A stretch of DNA of 51,011 bases, filler included, from Streblomastix strix (Eukaryota): the NCBI GenBank assembly GCA_008636045.1. It is 3 parts of 3 records of this genome, joined end to end, with 100 filler letters (N's around TTAATTAATTAA, not from the genome) between each part and the next. Parts side by side here need not be neighbours in the genome. Positions count along the whole stretch, not along the records: positions 34,078 to 51,011 come from SNRW01000747.1; 2 more parts are not named here. One strand, given 5' to 3'. Under the pieces are notes generated by a model. The model saw nothing but the letters and a program-made list of their open reading frames with translations. It was not told the origin of the DNA and did not search any database. This document shows positions 37,801-51,011 of this stretch, in pieces. Numbering within the stretch: position 1 is the stretch's first letter; the number at the start of each line of letters is the position of its first letter. A program made the position numbers and the translations under genes.

Positions 37801-40800
37801 ATCATCATATCTCTTCTTTGTTCTTTCTCTTTATCTGCTCTTTCTATTCCTGTCATAATTATCATCTTCATCTTCTTATTATTCTTATTCATCATCTTCT
37901 CTTCTATTTCTTTATTATTAATCACTTGTTTTTGGAGTAGGAGAAGAGTATTATGCTTTCTTTTATTGTTGAGTTTAAGGTTAAGGAGTTTTACTTCTTT
38001 ATTATCCTGATCCAACTCTTTATTAATTTACATCATCATTATTCAAAAGATTTATTGCATCTTTTTGCTATTATTACTTTTATGGTGTTTTTGAAGCTGA
38101 TTATTGATTGCTAATATCATTAAGATTTGTTAAGTTTTATAAATCTCCTTATGCATTGGCAAAAGGAAGCTGTTTTTGATTATTATTTGAAGTTTAAACA
38201 TTATTTGCTTAAGGACCTTACTGCAATTGTAATTAACTTGGTTTATTCAAATCATTTCCAAGTTATTTATCTTAAGTCAAATCTCTTTTAATATCTTCAT
38301 AATTAGATCCATTTCCATTAGCATTTCCATTACTAAGAATATTTTGAATCATTTATCCATTCCCATTATTATTCTAACTTTTAACTGAATTAGCATTTTA
38401 GTTAATAATAGAATTAAGAATATTGTTTATATTGTTGTTATTATTATTGTTATTATTATTTAATTAATTATATTGATTCACAGTTTGATTTGGAGCAAGA
38501 CCATATGCAGCAGTATTCATACTTGATGGAGATGTTATTACAGTTGGAATGAGTTATTTTTATTGTTATTATTATATTTATTATTATTACATATTGAGTA
38601 TTTATTAAAATAGATCTTATTATCCATTAATATCATTTCCAGCTAATATTGGTAATATTGGTTATACTTATTATGAAGATGTTGGACTAATTTATTACTC
38701 TAATAGACTGGAATTTTGCGACGCAGATTATATCTTAGATTTTAATTCTTTCTTTGGCTTTCTGGTCACCTTCTATGCTGATGATGGGAAATCATCATCT
38801 TTATTGCCATCAGCATTTGTTTATAATAATGGTTAATTATTTGTGTTTTAGAGCCCAAGACTTATTGCATTGCTCGTAAATATTGAACTTTGTGGATTAT
38901 TAACATATTGAAGTTAAGGGAGTTATTATTAACTTTATAATGTCTCAATCAAACGTCTACTCATTGTCTAATCCATTCCTATTAGTAGTTTATTCAACTA
39001 TTATTATCCTAAACTTCCTTATTGTTTTTATCCTTATTATATATTCATATCTGAACCCTGTTATAATTATTACTAATTGAAAAGTCCTTATTATTGTTGT
39101 GCTGTATTAATCCCTAATGAATTAAGTGCTAATTAGATCTAATCAGGGCTTATTGAAGCAAGCATTTAAGATATATCAACATTGCCTCCTAAATTCATAT
39201 TTTGAAGTTACTGTTATTAAAATGGAATTTATTGTTATTGATTCTGTATAGGGTATATTTAATTGCTTTTCTATTAATTTGCATTTGCTGTAAGATTTTA
39301 GATTTAACTATTAAAAATTCCACTTGCATTAGGAAATACTTCACTGTTTTATTCAAGTTTTGGTTTATCTTTTTCAACTACTTATGTTTTATCAAATATT
39401 TATTCATCCTCATTATATTCAGCTTAAACATCACTTTATTCATTTTTATATCTTTTATCATCTGAATCAACTCCACCTTCGACATCAAATTCTTTCTTTT
39501 TATTTGAATCTTTCTCATCCTATCCTCCATATTAGTCTTCTACAACACTTTCTTCAAATTGTGCCTCTGATGCTCCAACATCATCTCCTCCTTCTCCTTC
39601 TTCTGATTAAACAACTCTTCTGATTGCATCTTACATTTTGTTCTTAGGCATATCAAGAAGAAGTCGAAGTACCTCTTTTCTTTCTTTCTTCACAAATATA
39701 ATGTAATAGAAGAATATAAATGCAGATAGAGCAACTGCAGCGACTGTTAGCAGTGCAACAATTAGAACATATATTACAATAATCATTGTTGTCTGTTAGT
39801 TTGTAGATTCGTAATATGATATCATTGCTTTCTTGCATGATTCTAATATTGGAGATACGGCATTGAAAGCTACAAAATTGATTGCTGGATAGAAAATATC
39901 TGCTTTTTCTGGTGTCATAACCATTTATTATTCACTTGGAAGGAATTCTAAAGTAATTGGATCCATTTTAATCAACGCAATCTGCTCTGATAATTATGCA
40001 ACTAATGTAAGAGCTCTAATCAAATTTGTAATTTCAAGATCTTGCGATACAACTGTTGGTACTTATTGTGGTTAACCTGCAGTAGTTCCAACTCCAATTT
40101 TAGCATCAATATCAAAAATGTATGTATGGATGTCATTTGTCTATATTAGTTTTATTTAAAAAATATGTAATATTTAAATAATTATACAAATAATAAAAAT
40201 AATATTTCATAAATTTTAAATTTTTTAATTTAATTAGTAATATTATTCGCACTTCCCAAGGTCCCATATCATCAGTTACATCATATATATTTTCAATTAC
40301 TTCCATTATCTGTTTTGAATAACTTAACATTGAATCCTGTAATAAATACAAGATGTATCAATAAATATTATTAAATAAATGTAATAAAATAAAATGGAAA
40401 AAATATTATTATTATCATTAAAGATATTTTAAATAATATAATATTCATACACTAATAACTTACCAATCAAGTATTGTCTCAGTCTCTCCATCTCCAGATG
40501 GAACAAACACAAAGTCATAAGCTGAGATGTTTGAAAATATAAATTAATAAAAGTTTATTAAAAGAAGAATAAATATTTTTATCTGGTTTTAATTAAAATT
40601 ATTTATAATGTTTAAAATCATACAAATATCTAAATGCAGAGCTTCAACAGCAAAAAGTGATTGTTTGGTTTGTGCTGTAGCTAATATACACACAGAATAT
40701 AGATTATCAAGCCTCTTATTGAAAGATGAAGCCTATTTAAGTAAGAAAAATAATGACATAAGATAAATAAAATAAATATATTTAGATTAGAATTAGAAAA

Positions 40801-43800
40801 AAATTATCTTTTATAATAAATCACTATTAATTTGAATACCTCCATGTTATATACGACTGCAGCTACTATAAACCCTACAGCTGCAATTAAATGAGCCAAT
40901 AATTAGAAGAGTACTATGAATGTAAACATTTGCTTTGTGTTTGAACTAGAGTCTAATTAGAAATACAAAAATTAATAAAAGAATATTAAATAAATATTTG
41001 AAAATAAAATTAAAATAATTGTATGAATTTTTATGTCAATAAAATAATACCTTTTTCTCCCATCTTTCCTTCTCCTTTTCCTCCAGTTAATTCAGCTACC
41101 ATCACATCATCACTTTGACCTGAAATATTGATTATAATAAAAAAAATAATTATTTATTAAACAAAACAATATAATTTATATTTCAAATAAGAATATAGTT
41201 ATATATTAAATTAAACCTTTCTTCTTCTTCTTCTTTTTCTTCTTCTTCTTTTTGGTTGCTGTAGATGTCCTCGTTTTTGTTTGATTTTAGGCTAATTATA
41301 TATTTGATAATACATAAAAATTAAATGGTTAAAGAAAATATTATTTCAGATGTTAATTTATCATATTTTATAATATCATTATTAATTGTATATTTCATAC
41401 CTCCTTATTATGCAGCAGGATCCATGTTTCCCATTCCAATCTTATTGAATGATGCTTCTCCTGCACTTGCTATGAATATATAAATATAAAGATAAAGACA
41501 AAACATAATTATTAAAAAAATAAATAATTATTATTGTTATTATAAAGTATAAAATAAAATATCAATAATATTAATTTATATTAATAATAACGCACACCAG
41601 TGCTTCCTTTATCTTCTTCTATTCTCTCTGCTCTCTATAATATTATCTCAGCAGATTCTTCATCATTATATATATCAAGTAATAGCCGTGCATAATTACG
41701 AAGTACCATTGTGTTAGATGGTTGCATTTAAAGTAATTCCTCATAGTATCCTCTTGATTTCTGTTCTTATTATACAATCTTCTCTATTTATGATGGAATA
41801 ACTTAATAATTGATATTTGGTGATGTCATATTTTCAAACAATGACTTCAATGCTTAAGTGGAAGCTTCGTGTGTTTCTTTGGCTTATACAAGTTTAGCTT
41901 CAAAAGTTATTGACATCAATTCAGATCCTTTTCCTGATCCTCCACTTTCACCTGATCCATCACTTCCTCCACTACTTCCAGTCCCTCCTCCTTCTTTAGT
42001 CTTACAATACAATACAAATCTTAATACAAGTGAAGGTTAGGAGGCTCTTGCTAATTTATATACTGATTGTGCTTTCATCCAATTCTTGCGATATGATGAT
42101 AGGAAATTACCATAATTGAATTATAGGAATGGATCTTTCTTATTTCTCTTTAGTGCGTGATTATAAACATAATCTGTGTATGTAAGATAATCAAATGTAC
42201 GCAAATCTCGTATCTGAAGAAAATAAATAATAGTGAAAATAAAATATTTATAAATATAATAATAAATTTATAAGTTTAAAATAAACATAATTCAACTATT
42301 AATTTATATTACAATAATATAAACAAACCTATAAATATCTCAATCCAGGTTCAACTTCATCTGGATTCTTCATTTTAGGAAGTCCGCGATATGTATTTTC
42401 TGGTTTCTCCTTCAAATTCTATTATTGTTATTAGAGAGTTACAGGCTGTTGAACTGTTGATTAGAAGAAGCTATTTTAACCTTGAGAATATTAACTTCCC
42501 TATACACTTGCACCGAATAGTCTTGGTGAGACATAAGGTAATTATCCACTCTAAGGAGATGGAATTGGTTGTAACTGATTCAATCCAGCTTCTTATTATG
42601 GTGAAATTAGAATAGATTAACGGGGTGGTTTATTTTATCCTTACTATAAATCTGGAGATGCTACATCCTTCTCTTTCTCTTTTTATTTATCAACTCTAGA
42701 ATTTTAATTATCATTTTGTAAAGATGACACTAAATCATGCTATTAATTTGTATCAACTGATCCTCTACTTGAAGTATCTCCTATGTTATCATTATTGATA
42801 TTATCTGAAGCTCCTCTATTAGATTCTATATTAAATGAACTTTGAGGTTGAGAGATTGATGGAAGAATCTATTATTACATAACTTGTAGAGGCGCTGATG
42901 GATTATTTTATACGTTCAGTGGATGAGGACTGATACTTTCTGTAATAATAATAAGTAGAAATAAAATAAAAACAATGATAATAAGGGGATGATAATAAAA
43001 AAAAGAATTAAATAATAATTTATATTCAAATTATTCAATTTAATATTAATATATAATTTTGCATACTATCAGGTTCCCCAACATGTCCATATGTAACTTG
43101 TGGTAACCCAGTTTAGTTCTTAAATGGAGAAGGTTAGCCTTGAGTTGTTGGCTTATTTCCTTATTATCCAAATAAAGGAGAAGGAGATGTTGGATTTTAG
43201 TTTTATTTAGAAAGTGGATCTAAATCAAATGAAGCCCCAAATTTCTATGCTGCATTTGCTTTCATTTATTCTTTCTATACATCAACTAATGGTCTAAGTC
43301 TAGAAGATAAGAACCATTTCTTTCTGGTTAATCTCTTTAATACAGAATACGAGAATATTGATAATACAATTCCAAACATCAATCCAAGAACTAAAAAGAT
43401 AATTTATGGTATAATTGAACGTGTCACTTCTTCAATTGCATATCCAATCTCTGCACACAGTCTAATTCCTCCAAATAGAGTCCAAGGAAGAATAGTTAAG
43501 TAATTAGATGTGAATTTATAGAAAGGTTGTTTCAGAAGTACAATTATAACAATGAATGCAGATGTTCCAACAGATACTACACCTCTCCAGAAAGGCCAAT
43601 CTATTAATTCTCTCATACAAAACACTATACCAAACAATAAGATAGTATGTAGGCCTTTAAACCATCCAGATGAGCATCCAAATAGGCCTCCATTCTTCTG
43701 ATTATGGTTGAATATGAACAGTGAGATGCATGTATTATATATGAATATCACTAGTAAGAAGATTATTGACAGAACTGCTGCAACAATCTGTATTGCATTC

Positions 43801-44469
43801 CCAGATATACAACGGATATTGGTTAAGCCCAACCAAAAGTTTCCGTCTACCTCCAACCCATCTGGTGCAATCTCATGAACAACATAGCAGTCAAATGATG
43901 AAATCATCATGTTTAAACTTGGGATGAAAAGTACTCTGATATAAATATCGACAATAGTCTGCATCATACTGATTATCCATGGTTGTGACGTGATGATGTT
44001 GCGATACAATGCCGTGATAATCAGCTCCATGGATATTACGATGATCATGATGATGCAGAAGGCGATTGAGATAAAGAGTGAATTTTTCCCTATCAAGTAT
44101 GCAAGCGAGCTGAAGTCAATAATATTTATAAACTGATAAATAATTTATAAGAAAATGATAAGAATAAAAAAAGTCAACAATTAAGTGAATTATAGAACAA
44201 AAATATTGGCAAACCTTCGAAATTTACGATGGAGAGTATATTGACATATCTATCCGGTAGAATGCAAGTGTGAACAGCTCAAGGCACCCAATGAACCATA
44301 ATACTCCATTATATATATCGCTCGGGTTCTTCTTCTGGGAATAAAGCGGGAAAAGTATCGAAAAGAAAATTTCGTCCGCTTTTGAATATCGTTCGTTGGC
44401 AGAAGATGAGCTGCTTGATGTAAGTGTGCTTCCTACAGAGCTTACGCTCTTGCTTTCATCTCCACTCAT
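34818..44469 (-). CDS. Large multi-pass membrane protein: N-terminal TM bundle, TmcB/TmcC-type TPR region, further TM/extracellular modules, C-terminal degenerate hemerythrin-like domain
   Basis: Starts MSGDESKSVSS (track ORFs 44224-44469 and 43404-44096 are its TM exons). TPR-like FLQFNYGNFLSSYRKNWMKA...SRGYYEELLQMQPSNTMVLRNYARLLLDIYNDEESAEIILQRAERIEE (about 41620-42140). C-terminus LLPSMRT|GYPIMDNSREK...RTFEQEEKDM...HLKDH...FDKHFI|ENDMAY; TGA 34818-34820. Confidence 0.85.
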
Positions 44470-44795
44470 TTGAATTTATGTAACGGTTTTTGATGAGCTT
44501 GGCTGTTTTTATTTCAAAAAAAATTGAAATTTACGATGATGAATAATATAAAATATAAATATAATCTTAATTTCTAATGAATTTAGTATTAATTTAGAAA
44601 AAATTTATGATCAGAACGTGTAGAATATCGCTATTACCTGTTGAAATTTTCTTGCGTAGCAGTATGGAGCTTTTTCAACGGATCCGATCTATATGCAAAA
44701 TTATTTGATAAAAAATAAACAATGTCATTAATGATACTAATCAATGCAATTTTATTATTCTTATAATTAATTTTACAAAACATTTGGTTTATTCA

Positions 44796-47700
44796 TCACT
44801 CAGCATCATCTGAACCATCACTATCACTATCGTCCATCTTCCAGATAGAAATGATTTTCTCTAACTCTGTCTGTTACTTATTTTATGCTTATTTCTATAT
44901 TGATATAGAAGATGGATTAATGTTTGATTACTGTTTGGAAGAATTTGAATTATTTTAGCTTTGAGAAACAACACCAGATTTACCTCCATATTATGCGATT
45001 AAATCAGTAATAGATTACTTATTGGCAATAGCAGATGAAGAACCAATTGAAGAAAGAAATTAAAATTAATGATTATCTGTTGGGGATGCAGAAGATCTAA
45101 ATGAAGAAAGTGGAGCCAGAATTGATGATGGTTAGTTTCTAGGAGATGTTTTACGAGCTGATGTTTAAGATGAAGTTTGCACTATTGGAGTTATTGATGG
45201 TAAAGGCTAATATTATGTTGGATATTGAGTATTAATATTATCATATTTGGATTATATTGAAGATGATATAGAAGGTAGTTAGTTAGTTATGGGAAGTAGA
45301 GGAACTTATTAGGAAGATTATATTGAATTAGTATTTGGTGTGTAAGATGATTAATAGGGTTATGAAATTGGTATTTATGATGATGAAGGAGATTAATGTT
45401 GCTATTAATCAGTTTAAAGTGAAGATTAACCATATATAGATGAAGAATATAAAGATGGAGAATATATCTGATATTATTAAGTGTTTAATTGAGTAGATGG
45501 GGAGTGCGTGTGTTGAATATAATTATTAATGTTGATATCATTGATTATATTTTTGTAATTATTATCACTTTTGATCTTAAGTTCTGTTTGTGGAGATTAT
45601 TTCTCATCACGAATATGGAAAGGTGAGAATGTATGACAATGAGGAGGGGAACTTGGTTGTTTATTTGGATCAAAATCATGAATAAAATTATTATTATTCA
45701 CATTATTACTCAAATTTGTTATTTTATAATTATCTGAATTATTTATTATATCGTTTATCGTTTGTTGTTATTTCAAATTTGTATCCCATTAAACTGATTT
45801 TATCCCTTAATATTTATTATCAAGATTTAATTATTCTTTATCAGAGTGTTACTCAATAGCATCATTAATATCCCTTTAAATATAAGAACTATTCTTATTC
45901 AATGAATTAATGATGTTATTCTAAACGTTATTATAAATATTATTATGTTCAGGTGTTTCATGTTATTCATTGTTAGATTATTTATAGAGTGATTGTATGA
46001 AAGACGCAGATTGAGATGGAGCACTGAAAACAATATCATCAAATGCGCTTATCTGGTCTTCTTCTTCTTCTTCTTCATCTTCATCTTCATATTCTTCTTC
46101 TTCATCAATTACTTATTCTTTCTCTTTATCAATTTCTTTATTTATATCTCTTTCTAATTCTTTTTCTAATTCTTTATTATTATTCACTTTCATTATTGTA
46201 GATTTCTTTGACGAAGAATTTTCTTTGAATTAAAACAATTTAGAATTTGGAGTTAAATGATGTGATGTTTATTAAGCTGTAGGTTATTAGTATAATGGTG
46301 AATGCGAAGGAATAGTTGAATGAATATTATTATTATTATTATTTAATATATATGGAGCTGGAGTTGCAACAGATGAAGCAGCTGCTACAATTAATGGATC
46401 TTCTTTTTTAATTTGTTGATTAGTAAATAATGAAGATGTAGATGAAATTGGATGAATTTAATTATTAATGGTTGATAATGCTCCTTATTTATGAGTTGCA
46501 CTTTAAGGGGTCTGACCAGATTTTATTTTATTTGGTGAAATGGTGAAGAATTCAATTTCTGAAGAAGTGATTGATTGAGGTTATGAATATTATTAAGATT
46601 AAGATTTTGGTGTTTGTTTATATTCTTTATTTATCTTATCTGTCAAATGCGGTGATTTAACATCTTTTTATTTGGAAGGTGTTTGTTTTGAAGGTATAAT
46701 TGAAGATGGATGTGTTGATAATATTTAATTATGGGATTATGAGGGAAAAGAAGATGAAGATGCGAATTATTTGGGTGATTGTGATATTTTAGATGCAGTT
46801 TCTGTTTTAAATTCCCATTTTGATTTTAAATATGATGATTGTTGAGGTGAATATTGGTTTTCTTATTATTATATGATTTAATATTAATAATCTGGTTGTT
46901 TAGTTTTTGAAGCTGATTTTTATTCCAATGTTAATATTTTATTCTTTTTTCTTCCCGGAGTCTCAAATGATGGTAATAATAATTCTATCGCATCTGAAAT
47001 TCCAGATATTGTTGATTAATTCTAATTTGTTTCATCAAATTTCTATTCATATACATTACTATCCTTTCTGTCATATTATTCAATTTCTTTATATTCACTG
47101 TCTTTATATCTTTCTTCAAATGATTGCGTATTTCTCAATTGTGACTTGTTAATACTTTAATTTACATTATCCAAATCAGATATTAGACTTTGGAGTGTTG
47201 AATGTAGATCATCAATATTATTTATTTTCTAATGATTGTGATAAGGTGAGAAAATAGAAGTTATTTTGGAATTAGGAGAAGAAGAAGATTATTGTTGAAA
47301 TGGATATTATGAAGAATATTTGATTTTCTGAGGAGATGTATAATGTTGAGAAACAGTGTTTCCTCTTACAGATTGATCATAGTTATCTTTATTATCATCT
47401 TCTTCATCTCCTTTTAAAGCTTTTAATATAGCTCTTGCATTCTGTAAATAAATATCAGGACTCATTTGATTCAATTCCTCTGATAATTCTTATTATGATT
47501 ATTTCTTATCATTTGTTTAATTCTGTTTTTATTTGGTTTATGTTACAATTTATTTCCTATGTGGTGTAGAAGGAAGTAATTCAGATGATTTTGGTGTTTC
47601 ATTCATTGGAAGAAGTGGATTATTATTATTTTCATCATCATCATCAAAATATTCTTCATCTTTCTAATCTTGTTTATTTCTTCTCTTTTTCTCATCTCCA

Positions 47701-48806
47701 AATCTTTAAGATGAAAGAGGAATATTTCTTTTCTTTGCATTTTGTATTTATTCTGATTCTTTGTTTGATTATTATTTCTTATTATTTTTATTCTTTTAAT
47801 TGGATTAATTTTCTTCATTAAAGAAACTTGAATTGCTTATTTCATCATCATTTCTCAATTCAATATCTTCTTCATTTTTATTTTATTCTTCTAATTCTTC
47901 TTCTTCTTTTATTCCTTATAATTCTTTTTATTTCTTTTTCTTTTGTTATTACAATTATTATTATAGTTATAATTGATATTATTATTGATTTTGAATCCAT
48001 AGATCAATCTAATATATAATTCCTTATGTTGCAAAGAATTCATTCAGTGCTTTTGCTGAACCCAAATGAAATACAACACTGATCTTCCCTTCTCCTTCTC
48101 CTTATAATATATTATTATCCATTGTAGATGATACTCTTTCTGAGTTTATATTTAAATTAGATCTTGAATCAGTAATTGATTAATTATCAGATTAAGAAAA
48201 TAAAGATGTTTTCTTAAGTGGATTTCTTAATACTAAATTTTGTCTTAATTCAGCAACTGCAGGTTGAAGTTGTTGCTTCCCATTTTAGTGAGTTGTTTAA
48301 GAAGTAGATTTCATAATTTCAGAATATAACTTCTTTCCTGATTCTATTATTGGTATTTAGCACATTCCAACAAAAACATCAGTTTTGTGTTTATCATTGA
48401 AGAGTTTATTTGTTTATTGTTATTTAGAATCCAATGGTTATCTCAATTTAGCCCATACTTCAAGGATAATGATATGAGACTTTTATGTATGAAGAGCACT
48501 AAATATCTATTTGTTTGATTGGTTAGGGGGAATAATATTTGAAATTATTGAAGATGAATCAAAAACACAAGTTTATGTGAAGATAGCTGCTTCAGCTGGA
48601 ACTTCGATGGATTTCAAGCCAGGAATAGCAATAATAGGTTCAATATTGCTTTTGATTACTGTATAAAGTTAGTCATATGAGTAATATCGAATAGATTTTG
48701 ATTCTTAAACTTACTTTTCTGTGCTTTCTGGGTTAAATGGATAATATGGTAAAGCTACACGAAGTGAGTTCAGGTGCGTACGGCTTACTGTCAAAGCAAT
48801 ATGCAT
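44796..48806 (-). CDS. Apparently intronless protein (about 1336 aa): N-terminal C2 domain (C2CD3-like) and long S/P/Q-rich disordered region
   Basis: ATG 48806 and TGA 44796-44798 are in the same frame (spot-checked, not every codon). HIIILEVWAK...DVFVGMCQIPI...PAVAEL...RNP...GKISVVFHLGSAKAL resembles a C2CD3-type C2 domain; ends TELEKIISIWKMDDSDSDGSDDAE*. Confidence 0.75.
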
Positions 48807-49031
48807 GTCTACGAAGATTTAATAATAAAAATTAAGTAAAAAATTAAATTAAGTGAATAAAAATAGCAAAAACATTAAAATGTTCAAATGTTATAATAAA
48901 TTAAATATAAATAGTATTTTAGATCTTTTCATTCAAAACTATTAAGAATTTCATAGTAATTCTTGTTTATTTTTGATTTTTGTAGAAATTATTGTTTGTG
49001 TGTCAATAACTCGAACAATATTCAGAAAAAT

Positions 49032-49079
49032 CAGATTTTAATTAAAATGACAGATTTTAAATAAAATGACAGATTTTAA
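49032..49079. repeat. 19-bp-period tandem repeat with core CAGATTTTAA x3
   Basis: CAGATTTTAA at 49032, 49051 and 49070, separated by (T/A)TAAAATGA. Confidence 0.85.
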
Positions 49080-49535
49080 AGATTTGATTTTCTATAAAAT
49101 TTAAAAATTGTTAGTTTAATTGTCCTTTCATGATGGGAAATCGATTTTTAGTTCTAGTTTTGTTAAATCCACATATCACAGGTTAAAATTTGATTAAGTA
49201 ATTATAATATTGATGAAAAAATTATGAATAAATTAAAAAAATGTAATTTACACGATGATTCGTTATGTATTATTATAATTGAACAAATAATTGTATCATG
49301 ATCATATGTGAATAGATTTCTTTTGAGGTACACATTCACATGATTAGTAAATTAACAATTGAGAAATGTAGTTTGTGTAAATATATTCAAATAAAATAGG
49401 GAAAATGGAATGAAAAATCAAAACAAAATAAAACATATGAAATGATTGATTTCAACACAATACCAAAGTTATTTCTAAACACATTATAAAACTTATAAGT
49501 TTTATATTCTCATTAATTTGGATCAATCACTAACT

Positions 49536-51011
49536 TCAAGATTGATTTCCTATTTAATAAGTTTGTTATGATATAATTTTTTAATCAGATTAAGAAATTG
49601 GTAATTAAGATTGTTATGATTGGAGGAAATTAAATAAAGAATTTGGTAGTTACTTGGTATTAGGATTAGGTAATGATAATCCAGGTAATTTCTCATAAAT
49701 ATCTAATAACGCTGCATTGAATAATTATTTTGAATTATTATCATCAAATTCATTGAGAATTTCTACTTTATCTTCATCATTTAGTCGAGAAAATCCTTTT
49801 CCTGGTTTTATATATTCATTTCTTTCATTAATAAATTAATCAAATCCAGATTATTAAATAGTTTCATTTAAATTATTCAATTAATTTTCTTGTCTAATCA
49901 AAGAATAGTAATGATTATTATTAACATGCGCAATTATTAATGACTTTTCATTTGTTTGAAATTATGGATTATAAATATCATTAATTAAAGCTGGAGAAAT
50001 TATCTATATTTTCATTCCAAGTACATCAGCCATAGATTATAATGGAACATGATCAGCCCAATGCCCAAAATATAAATGGCCCATAATAAAAGAAATGTAC
50101 TTATCTTTACACATAAATGTTTATATGTATCTATCACTATATAATATTAATTAACACACATTGAGAAATCTCAATAATTAATGCTGGTTTTCGTGCCCAA
50201 ATAATTAATGAGATATTGACCTATAAAAGCAATTGCCATCACCTTAAACATTACGAATTACAAAATCTTTATCAAAATAGTAATTTAATTCATTTTCCTT
50301 CAAAATATCATAATTTGTTTTCCTAATTCCTCCTATCTAAGAATAATTAATAATATTTCGGGTTTTCCAAAGATTTGTTACTATTAAGTGATAATTATTA
50401 ATATATTAATATGTCTCTTAGTTATGTATCCATTCATTTATTATTATTATTATTTATATTAAAATTTATTATCCTTCTTCAAATAACTATTATTCTGACT
50501 TATTACCATTATTACCTTAATTAATTTTGTTCAATCCATCTTATCCTAACTATAGAACTTACGCAACAACTTATTCTTCTTCTTCTTTTTTATCTTCTTT
50601 ATCTTATTCAATAGCTTTTTCCTTCATTTTTACCTTATCTACTAATTTGCCTTTAACTATATCATTAACTTATTTTTTCACTTTAGTTTAATTTTTTTAT
50701 TATTATTATTTATTATGATTAACTCCATCTTTCTATTCAACTTTAACTACAGATTACTCAACACCAACATTCTTCTTTTCATCTTTTTCCATATCCTTAA
50801 TTTTATTTTTTAATTCTTATAATTATTCTTCTGGTAATTCTTTCTTATCTTGTTCTATTTCTTTTTCTATATTTTAAAGTTTTATTTACTTTTTATTTAT
50901 TCTTTCTTATAGTTTCTTTCTTTTTCTTATTTTCTTTTTAATTTTATTCAATTTTTCTTTTTCAACCTCATTATCTTTATTATCTTTATTATTATTCTCT
51001 TTATCTTTATC
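49536..51011 (-). CDS. OTU-family deubiquitinase with an N-terminal charged low-complexity region; 5'-truncated
   Basis: FVIRNVQGDGNCFYRSISHQLFG...HWADHVPLQSMADVLG...IAHVNNNHYYSL: OTU Cys box, W box and His box; frame ends at TGA 49536-49538. Confidence 0.92.

Noticed and set aside
28350..44469. Tandem cluster of two receptor paralogs with a HECT ligase between them
   Set aside because: The paralogs are on different contigs separated by an artificial spacer.
1..51011. tRNA/rRNA genes, transposons, CRISPR arrays or prokaryotic operons
   Set aside because: No cloverleaf, rRNA-like sequence, transposase/RT motif or repeat-spacer array was recognised by eye; small ncRNAs cannot be excluded without a covariance search.

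Overview
Very AT-rich, intron-containing eukaryotic DNA read with a non-canonical code: TAA/TAG = Gln and TGA is the only stop, so the supplied standard-code ORF track is mostly fragments and antisense shadows. The code, intron style and gene families best fit an oxymonad such as Streblomastix strix (inference). The window is three unlinked, length-sorted contigs (1-16941, 17042-33977, 34078-51011) joined by artificial N44-TTAATTAATTAA-N44 spacers. About 17 genes were read by hand: two NEK-like pseudokinases, a GTF3C2/Tfc6-like WD40 protein, a short BCD1-like zf-HIT protein, a secreted chagasin-family inhibitor, a ubiquitin-like protein, RRM, HECT and OTU fragments, a coiled-coil/SPRY-like protein, a C2-domain protein and several hypotheticals. 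The main observation is two paralogous, large multi-pass TmcB/TmcC-like membrane proteins on different contigs that each end in a hemerythrin-like domain. Both domains keep the three Fe1 histidines and both bridging carboxylates but have lost the two histidines of the O2-binding Fe2, which makes them candidates for an undescribed metal/redox-sensing receptor family. Exon boundaries and family calls are from manual reading, not database searches.
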